Positions 17,710 to 24,685 of a stretch of DNA of 24,685 bases are shown piece after piece. The stretch comes from Methanobacteriota archaeon (lineage in GTDB: Archaea > Hydrothermarchaeota > Hydrothermarchaeia > Hydrothermarchaeales > JACRDW01). The stretch is from the NCBI GenBank assembly GCA_043820925.1, contig JBDRDL010000068.1, positions 1 to 24,685 of the forward strand. Reading direction: 5' to 3'. The notes below the pieces were generated by a model. It was not told the origin of the DNA, ran no database searches, and saw only the letters and a program-made list of their open reading frames with translations. The position numbers and the translations under genes were made by a program. The stretch's first letter is position 1. Every line of letters begins with the position of its first letter.

Positions 17710-18756
17710 ATGAAAATCCTCGTAACAGGCGGCGCAGGCTTCGTGGGTTCTCACGCAGCAGAATACTATGCGTTGAAGAATGAAGAAGTAGTTGTATTCG
17801 ACAACTTATCGAGAGCAAAAATTTTGGGCTCTAGCGCAAAGAATTCCACATACAACTGGAATTACCTCAAAAAATATGATAACGTCAAATTGATTGAAGG
17901 GGATATCCGGGACAGGGATGTTCTTGAGAAACTTGTAAAGGATGTGGATGCAATTATTCACACCGCTGCCCAAGTTGCAGTAACGACTTCTGTCAAAGAC
18001 CCCCGAACTGATTTTGAAATCAATGTTTTGGGCACTTTTAATGTCCTTGAGGCATCGAGAAAATCTAAAAGCAGCCCTGCAGTTTTGTTCTGCTCCACAA
18101 ACAAAGTCTATGGCGACAATGTGAACAAAATACCTGTCAAGGAAGAAAAAACAAGATACGTTTTTTCTGACGAAAGATACAAAAATGGTATTCCAGAAAG
18201 CTTTCCAACCGACCTGTGCGAGCATACTCCTTACGGCTGCTCCAAATTTGCAGCAGACGTTTACGTGCAGGATTATGGCAAAAGAAGAGAAGTAGATACC
18301 GGGGTATTTCGTATGTCGTGCATCTATGGTACTCGTCAATGGGGCTGCGAAGACCAGGGCTGGGTGGCGCATTTTGTTATCTCTACGCTTACAAACAAAC
18401 CGCTGACAATCTACGGCGACGGCAAGCAAGTAAGAGATGTTTTATATGTAACCGACTTGGTAAAAGCATATGATGCGTTTCTCAAAAAGAGAGATAAATA
18501 TTCTGGAGAGGTCTACAACATCGGCGGGGGTGCAAAGTTTACTGCCTCCTTGCTGGAATTGCTGGACATGCTGGAAAAAGAAACTAGCAAAAAAAGCAAG
18601 ATTACTTTCGATGAATGGAGACCAAGCGACCAGAGGGTGTACATCTCAAATATTTCGAAAGCAAAAAAAGAGCTTGGTTGGAAGCCCGATGCTTATATTA
18701 AAGATGGTTTACGGTTACTCTTGGGATGGATAAAAGATAACAAACACATTTTTTAA
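17710..18756 (+). CDS. NAD-dependent epimerase, CDP-paratose 2-epimerase (RfbE)-like SDR
   Basis: AAQVAVTTS..DPR.DFEIN, STNKVYGD, PYGCSK, FRMSCIYG.RQ.G.EDQGWVA and GKQVRDVL motifs typical of that subfamily. Start ATG 17710. Confidence 0.85.
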   Translation: MKILVTGGAGFVGSHAAEYYALKNEEVVVFDNLSRAKILGSSAKNSTYNWNYLKKYDNVKLIEGDIRDRDVLEKLVKDVDAIIHTAAQVAVTTSVKDPRTDFEINVLGTFNVLEASRKSKSSPAVLFCSTNKVYGDNVNKIPVKEEKTRYVFSDERYKNGIPESFPTDLCEHTPYGCSKFAADVYVQDYGKRREVDTGVFRMSCIYGTRQWGCEDQGWVAHFVISTLTNKPLTIYGDGKQVRDVLYVTDLVKAYDAFLKKRDKYSGEVYNIGGGAKFTASLLELLDMLEKETSKKSKITFDEWRPSDQRVYISNISKAKKELGWKPDAYIKDGLRLLLGWIKDNKHIF

Positions 18757-18768
18757 GGTAGCTGCGAT

Positions 18769-20271
18769 ATGCCACCTATAGAGGGATTAAAAAAAATAGT
18801 TAAAGCCGCTGGATTGGTCTTTATAAGCCTTATATTCTCTAAGGCACTAACGTACTCTTATAGGTTAATTGTAGCCAGAATTGGAGTAGAATCGTATGGA
18901 ATACTGTCTATAGGGATAATATTTTTGGGTCTCGCAAATACCCTGTCCTTACTTGGTTTGAGCACCGGTGTAGTGAGATACGTCTCATATTATAGGGGTA
19001 AGGAGTCTCCAGAAGGTATAAAAGGCGCTATAACCTCCGGATTAAAAATTAGCCTCTTTCTCAGCCTGCTCACTAGTGCTGCCATATTTTTAACAGCTTC
19101 TTGGATATCGACATCTGTATTTAATGCGCCCGCTTTAGTGCCAGTACTACGAATTTTTGCTATAATTGTCCCATTTTCCGCATTAAGCCTGATACTTCTA
19201 AACGTGTTGATTGCGTTTGAAAAGGTGAAGTATTATGTTTCTGTAAAAAATATATTGGAATCTATTGTTCTTATAGTATCGACGGCTGTAATAATTTATC
19301 TAGGGTATGGGATCTTAGGCGCCGCTATAGCATACGCACTAGCGATAGTTAGTACGTTTCTAATATCATTATACTTGCTGGAAAAGCGGGTCTTTCCGAT
19401 ATTCAGAACTACTGTCAAATCTGCAGGCATTGGAAGAGAATTACTGTATTACTCTTGGCCATTAACATTTACAGGACTTCTATCAACAATTATCGGCTCT
19501 GCCGACTCAATAATGATAGGCTACTTCCTAACTGTCTCGGATACTGGTATCTATAATGCAGCTGTACCAACAGCTAGTCTGTTATTTTTAGTTTCAGGTC
19601 CGATGCTGACTCTCTTTATGCCGATAATCGCAGAATCGTACGGCAGAGGGGAAATAAAAGAACTGAAAGCCGTGTACAGGAGGATAGCCAAATGGATATT
19701 CTTCATTAACTTCCCAATCGTACTGCTGATTGCGGCTTTTTCAAAGGAAATTCTAAACATTTTATTTGGCTCTGCTTACGCTGCAGGAAGTTCGGCGCTT
19801 ATATTCTTGATTATTGGATATTTTATATACTCTATTTTCGAACCATCACGAAATATTCTGCTAGTAATAAAAAAGACAAAACTACTCTTACTCGCATCAA
19901 TAATAGCAACAGTACTCAATATAATATTTAACTATCTTCTTATACCCGTGTATGGGATAACCGGCGGGGCGATAGCAACTTGCATAGCATTTTCTATCAG
20001 CGGCATCATCTACGGTATCTTCACCTATCAATTTATGAAGATACATCCTGTGCAAACTATATATGTGAGGTCTATCTTTGCTGGTATACTATCGTTGCTT
20101 GTATTAAATCTTTTAAATAAGGCGCTTACATTATACGTCTTACCTAAGCTGATAGTACTGTCTCTCTTATTCCTAACATCCTACCTGCTTTTACTCATAG
20201 TATTTAAAGGGCTTGAGGAAGAAGATATAGAAATTATTAAAATTATAATCAAGAAATTTAAGATAAGATAA
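18769..20271 (+). CDS. Wzx/MOP-family oligosaccharide flippase
   Basis: About 500 aa multi-TM; LGLSTGVVRYVS, DSIMIGYF....TGIYNAA and LIPVYGITGGAIAT motifs. Confidence 0.9.
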   Translation: MPPIEGLKKIVKAAGLVFISLIFSKALTYSYRLIVARIGVESYGILSIGIIFLGLANTLSLLGLSTGVVRYVSYYRGKESPEGIKGAITSGLKISLFLSLLTSAAIFLTASWISTSVFNAPALVPVLRIFAIIVPFSALSLILLNVLIAFEKVKYYVSVKNILESIVLIVSTAVIIYLGYGILGAAIAYALAIVSTFLISLYLLEKRVFPIFRTTVKSAGIGRELLYYSWPLTFTGLLSTIIGSADSIMIGYFLTVSDTGIYNAAVPTASLLFLVSGPMLTLFMPIIAESYGRGEIKELKAVYRRIAKWIFFINFPIVLLIAAFSKEILNILFGSAYAAGSSALIFLIIGYFIYSIFEPSRNILLVIKKTKLLLLASIIATVLNIIFNYLLIPVYGITGGAIATCIAFSISGIIYGIFTYQFMKIHPVQTIYVRSIFAGILSLLVLNLLNKALTLYVLPKLIVLSLLFLTSYLLLLIVFKGLEEEDIEIIKIIIKKFKIR

Positions 20272-21484
20272 AACTAAGTTTTGTCTTGGCTTTTAGCAGC
20301 TCCCTAAACAGTATGTTGTAGACATAGCTAAGTCGCTTACCCTTGCTAAAAACGTATTCTTTCTGGAAAAAACCATGGTCCAGTCCTATGTTATTTGAAC
20401 TCAGATAGGCATTGTGCATTTTTGTTAGCTCGTATCTTTCCCGTAAAGCACTCAAATAATCCTGGTTTATACCGCTCATTTGAGGGTTATTCCAAAAATA
20501 AAAATTAATCAAAAAATTTTGAGGCAGGATATTAGGAGTTATATTGCGGGAGTAGATTTTGATCATCTTCTTTACAGCAGTATTTTTTTCCCAGTTATTT
20601 ACATATATGTTAACAATGCTATGAATCCCTTCAACTTTACATTGCCTGCCGGCATCAAATGTTATGTTATTTTTTATCATAAAATCAAATAGCCTATCAA
20701 TTAGCTCTGCAGAAATTATTGCCGCTTCCTTTATTGATTCTAATAGTAAATCGTATTTTCTATCATCTAAGCTGAACCAATTTTGCCTCAAATGAACTAT
20801 CTTTCTTAAAAAATTGTTCCATGACTCGTATTCAATACCTGTTATATTTTTATACATCAAAATTGGGTACCTCATAGAGTATAATCTGCATAGAGCATAT
20901 CTAACTTTTATCTTCTTTCTCATGTATTTCAAAATAAAATCAAAAGCAAATAATCTGGTAAAATCATATAAAATTTTCCCAAGTATTTTGTTTTTTAGCT
21001 CTATATTTTTGTGCAGCAACATTTCGAGAAATTCTCTCGGCCAGTATGAATTTATAAAGTCTACCAAAAAAGTAGCATAAATCATTTCGTTTGTTATGGG
21101 TCTTATCTCAATATCCTCGCCGTATATTTTTTTCAAATCGAATGTTGGAAAGATAGCCATAATATTCTGTATAGCTGCTTTGTCAACCAAGCGGAATATA
21201 TCAAGCAGATAGCTATTTTTAGATACGCAACCTTTTGCAGTTTCTAATATTTTCTTACTATCCGAGACTTTGTCTTTCAATACAACAATTAAATCTACAT
21301 CCGAGATTCCCGGTGCGGTCAATCCTCCTATTTGATAAATTGAGATTACATCCTCTAACTTAGAAAGTTCTCCAACAAAAGAGTTAATAGCCTGTAGATA
21401 ATCTTTGGAACCGAGTCTAATCGGCTCGTCTACAAATACAAACTCAGACCTACTTATATTCTCAAGCAAGGAGTTCATAACCAT
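20258..21484 (-). CDS. Hypothetical protein with Pol-beta-like nucleotidyltransferase motif
   Basis: SIYQIGG...PGISDVDLIVV resembles hG[GS]x(n)DxD; the remainder is helical and unrecognised. Confidence 0.6.
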   Translation of the reverse strand: MVMNSLLENISRSEFVFVDEPIRLGSKDYLQAINSFVGELSKLEDVISIYQIGGLTAPGISDVDLIVVLKDKVSDSKKILETAKGCVSKNSYLLDIFRLVDKAAIQNIMAIFPTFDLKKIYGEDIEIRPITNEMIYATFLVDFINSYWPREFLEMLLHKNIELKNKILGKILYDFTRLFAFDFILKYMRKKIKVRYALCRLYSMRYPILMYKNITGIEYESWNNFLRKIVHLRQNWFSLDDRKYDLLLESIKEAAIISAELIDRLFDFMIKNNITFDAGRQCKVEGIHSIVNIYVNNWEKNTAVKKMIKIYSRNITPNILPQNFLINFYFWNNPQMSGINQDYLSALRERYELTKMHNAYLSSNNIGLDHGFFQKEYVFSKGKRLSYVYNILFRELLKAKTKLSFILS

Positions 21485-22764
21485 CCTTCCGTTTCCAAAT
21501 TCTCTATCATCCTTCTAGCCAAAATACTCGATTCGTTCACGATTTCATTCAGATTACAGTCAGCAGATACGCTGTCATATATTTTCCTTTTTTTGAAAAA
21601 ATAAATAAAAAGCAATATATTTGGATTTGGAAATTCTGAGAGGGTGTATTCAATATTTTCTGGAAAAATACGGTCTAATTTCCAGTTGTCACGTATCCTG
21701 CTGATTTTTTCTATGACTCTCCACTCTTCCTTGCTAAAATCCTTCTTAGCAACTTCAAAAGAATATTTTTTATAATAATACTCCCCTCTCGCCTCTAAGT
21801 AAAGGCACGGAAGAAGAGTTAATAAGTGAAAGTAATTTTTCCAGTGGTGAGTATTTTTAGGTATAAGGTTTTTCCTCTGCGGCATTTCAGATAACATGCA
21901 TGCTATGCGTAAAAAACTACGTACATTTCCAATCCGCGAATTGCGCTCGAAGAATATTAATTCCTCAGGACCGTCAAAAACGCTGGTAGCGAATTTGAAT
22001 AACTCCAATGGAAAATAGTACTGGGGATAAATCTCCATTTCTTGCTCGGCAATTGTAAAAAAACCATGATGCTGGAAGGGGTCCATTAAATATAGCATGG
22101 ATTTTGCCCTGAAAATGCTATTTCTAAACTTTAATAATCGAGTATTGCTCTCGAGAACATCTTTTTTTATAATAGCTAGAGCATCGATATCGCTCCATCC
22201 TTTAACATAATCATGTGTAGATAAACTACCATGAAGATAGAAACCTTTTAACTCCTTGGAAAGATTTTTTTGGAAATGTTCCTTTATAATAAAAACTGGT
22301 TTCAGATATTCTCTGTCACGTACTGCATTGTTCCAGTCCACAAATGCACGTATCTTTTCTACTCTGTACTTTTCTCTTTTTATTTTAATATCTCGTAAGA
22401 GATTATAGAATTCTAAATATAAAGTAGCAATTATGTTTGATAATAGATTAGGAGAAAGAGAGCGTCCTCTGTTGATGTTCTTAATTAGCTTAAGAGAACT
22501 TTCTAGCGGTAAACTATGCTCTCTCTCCAACATTAGTAGTAATTTTGATATGTTTGTAAGAGCGATAGAATTCCTATCTACCAATGGATAAAGTAGTTTG
22601 CTAATTCTTGTTAATGAAGAGCCAGTTAAAAAAGAGTCGAGAAGGTAGTGAATCTCGTCTTGTAAAGTAAACAACGTGTACTCTAATTTGTTAACCTCTC
22701 TTACGTTCCATTTATTTTGCGATAGGAAAGTCAGCGGATTTAGATAAATGTCATAATTTTTCAT
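21475..22764 (-). CDS. Nucleotidyltransferase-domain protein
   Basis: GFYLHGSL...DY..GWSDIDALAII, an NTase signature like that of aminoglycoside adenylyltransferases, preceded by an unrecognised N-terminal region. Confidence 0.7.
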   Translation of the reverse strand: MKNYDIYLNPLTFLSQNKWNVREVNKLEYTLFTLQDEIHYLLDSFLTGSSLTRISKLLYPLVDRNSIALTNISKLLLMLEREHSLPLESSLKLIKNINRGRSLSPNLLSNIIATLYLEFYNLLRDIKIKREKYRVEKIRAFVDWNNAVRDREYLKPVFIIKEHFQKNLSKELKGFYLHGSLSTHDYVKGWSDIDALAIIKKDVLESNTRLLKFRNSIFRAKSMLYLMDPFQHHGFFTIAEQEMEIYPQYYFPLELFKFATSVFDGPEELIFFERNSRIGNVRSFLRIACMLSEMPQRKNLIPKNTHHWKNYFHLLTLLPCLYLEARGEYYYKKYSFEVAKKDFSKEEWRVIEKISRIRDNWKLDRIFPENIEYTLSEFPNPNILLFIYFFKKRKIYDSVSADCNLNEIVNESSILARRMIENLETEGWL

Positions 22765-22823
22765 TTAATCGTCCTTTTAGAGAAATAAATTTATAAAGTT
22801 TCTCTCGATACTCATAATATAAC

Positions 22824-23933
22824 ATGAAGATATGTATACTATCCGAGTTCTCTGTAAGCCCTTATATGGAAGGTACTAATAGAGTTACGCTAGGGCTTTC
22901 TAGAGAATTAACAAAACAGGGACATACTGTTCATATTGTCTCACCCGCATGGGGGCAAGATAAAACATTAACTAACGAAGTATACGAAATAGACGGTATA
23001 AAAATACATATATTCAAAGCACCGTTTTTAAATAATCCTATATTCAGAATAATTTTTTACATAATTAACGGTATAAAAATCTATTTTAAACATGATGTAG
23101 ATGTCTTCTACGGAACGTATACTCTACCACCTGCAATCGCAGCTTCTGCTCTGGGCTTGATGCTAAGAAAAAAAAGATATGCGGCTATCTATGAACCGGC
23201 TGCGTGTAGCAGGACGAACAACCCCATTGTGAAATTTTTACTGTCGAAATTATCTGGTGTAGTAACCCATACAAATACTGTAAAGAGAATGATCGTCGCT
23301 AATTTCGGAATTCCTGAAGAATCTATTGCAATTATCCCAGGATTTTATGACGCCGTGCGATTTAGACCCATGGAAAAAAACAAAGAACTGGTCGCAAAAC
23401 ACAACCTAAATAAGAAGTTTGTAGTACTTTTTGTAGGAAGAATTACTGCTCTTAAAGGAGTGCAGTATTTAATAGATGCGATTAGCTTGATAAAAAATGA
23501 AAAATTGAAGTTATTGTTAGTGGGCAGGGAAGTAGAGCACGAAAATTTTAGGAACACGGTCGAAAAATTAAATCTTGAAAATATTATCGAGTTTGTAGGT
23601 TACGTGCCGGATGAAGAACTACCAAAATATTATAGCGTGGCTGACTGCGTAGTGCTGCCCTCTCTAAGTGAAGGATTTGGAATTGTATTGGCTGAAGCTA
23701 TGGCCAGTAAAAAACCAGTTATAGCAAGCGATACCCTTCCCCTGCCAGAAGTCGTTGGAGAGGGCGGTATAATCGTGCCGGCTAAGGACTCAAAAAAACT
23801 TTCGGCTGCAATTCAAATTTTAATGCAGAATAGAAAATTGAGAGAAGAAATTGCTGAGAAAGCGATAGAAAGAGCGCAAGAATTCAACTCAGAAATAATA
23901 TTGAGCACGCATGCAAAATTTTTGACGGTATAG
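22824..23933 (+). CDS. Glycosyltransferase family 4 (GT-B)
   Basis: LFVGRI...KG..YLI and VLPSLSEGFGIVLAEAMASKKPVI (Ex7E) motifs. Confidence 0.95.
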   Translation: MKICILSEFSVSPYMEGTNRVTLGLSRELTKQGHTVHIVSPAWGQDKTLTNEVYEIDGIKIHIFKAPFLNNPIFRIIFYIINGIKIYFKHDVDVFYGTYTLPPAIAASALGLMLRKKRYAAIYEPAACSRTNNPIVKFLLSKLSGVVTHTNTVKRMIVANFGIPEESIAIIPGFYDAVRFRPMEKNKELVAKHNLNKKFVVLFVGRITALKGVQYLIDAISLIKNEKLKLLLVGREVEHENFRNTVEKLNLENIIEFVGYVPDEELPKYYSVADCVVLPSLSEGFGIVLAEAMASKKPVIASDTLPLPEVVGEGGIIVPAKDSKKLSAAIQILMQNRKLREEIAEKAIERAQEFNSEIILSTHAKFLTV

Positions 23934-23967
23934 TTGTTACTTTATTAGCGAATATAGACTAGTAAAG

Positions 23968-24685
23968 GTGGTTTATATTAGTACGATTAAAGATACACAA
24001 AGAAAAATAGACGAACGCAGCTTATATGAGCGTAGCTATGATAAAAAGTTAAACAAGCCTCTAGACTTTTCGCCCCTAACTTGGATTAAAGGGACAGAGG
24101 ACCGGAAACTAGCAAGATGCTACGACCTATTAGGCATTTGCACAGATAAAAGAATTCTAGACATTGGGTGCGGCGATGGATTTAGGAGCTTGAGATACGC
24201 AATGCAAGGAGGGGTCGTAATTGGCTTTGACATTTCGAGGAGCGCAATCGAAATTGCAAAGAAGAGAACAGCGAAGTATCCAAACGCTATTTTTCTATTA
24301 GCGGATGCAGAATATATGCCTTTCAAATCATCTTGTTTTGATGTAGTATCTTGCATCGCTCTAATCGAGCATATCGATAATCAGGAAAAAATGGTATCTG
24401 AAATTAACAGATTGTTGAGAATAAACGGGAAAGTGATAATCCAAACCATAAACAAAAAGAACAAATATACGGTGAACGGTATTCTGAAGACATTTTTTCC
24501 ATTGTATGATAAAAGGATGCAGGACAGTGCTGGACATTCGTATGATCGATTTTTGACGGTAGACGAACTCGGGGAATTGTGTTTAAATCGCGGACTAAAA
24601 ATTGATTATGTAGCTTATACTGAAACGTTTGTAGATTGGATTTGGATTCATATAGTTCTTTTAAAACTAACAAAATTTGGTTCTA
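23968..24685 (+). CDS. Class I SAM-dependent methyltransferase (3'-truncated by window edge; absent from ORF track)
   Basis: Frame is open from 23926 to the end of the window; RILDIGCGDG, VIGFDIS, ADAEYMPF....FDVV and LIEHI motifs. Start uncertain (GTG 23968 or ATT 23977). Confidence 0.88.
   Translation, partial: MVYISTIKDTQRKIDERSLYERSYDKKLNKPLDFSPLTWIKGTEDRKLARCYDLLGICTDKRILDIGCGDGFRSLRYAMQGGVVIGFDISRSAIEIAKKRTAKYPNAIFLLADAEYMPFKSSCFDVVSCIALIEHIDNQEKMVSEINRLLRINGKVIIQTINKKNKYTVNGILKTFFPLYDKRMQDSAGHSYDRFLTVDELGELCLNRGLKIDYVAYTETFVDWIWIHIVLLKLTKFGS

Noticed and set aside
6582..20271. Short 3' overlaps of convergent genes (6582-6593, 8917-8927, 11607-11617, 20258-20271)
   Set aside because: Common in compact archaeal genomes and not distinctive.
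1..24685. CRISPR array, integrase/transposase or tRNA-derived att duplication
   Set aside because: No regularly spaced repeats, no recombinase ORF, and no second copy of the tRNA-Thr 3' end seen in the window.

Overview
Archaeal (euryarchaeal-like) chromosomal segment, judged from AglB, Cdc48/VAT, a BHB-intron tRNA and GGTG-type RBSs. The left half is a protein-quality and oxidative-stress/housekeeping region: two Hsp20 genes, two tandem Cdc48 genes, reverse rubrerythrin, Fe/Mn SOD, a CDF exporter, an RsmB/NOP2 m5C methyltransferase, CyaB, a metallophosphoesterase, PIMT and DUF371. In the middle is tRNA-Thr(CGT) with a 78-nt structured intron, followed immediately by about 340 nt of densely base-paired, apparently non-coding sequence. 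The right half is an N-glycosylation locus: two flippases, aglB, two SDR sugar epimerases, two divergent nucleotidyltransferase-fold genes, a GT4 glycosyltransferase and a SAM methyltransferase that runs off the window. Most notable: (i) two unrelated PIN toxin-antitoxin pairs each sit between a short duplicated 'MxILvTGGxGF' epimerase start stub and an intact epimerase gene; (ii) the unexplained structured RNA candidate behind the tRNA; (iii) two small palindrome families that each recur twice in the window. All calls come from reading the sequence; no searches or folding programs were run.
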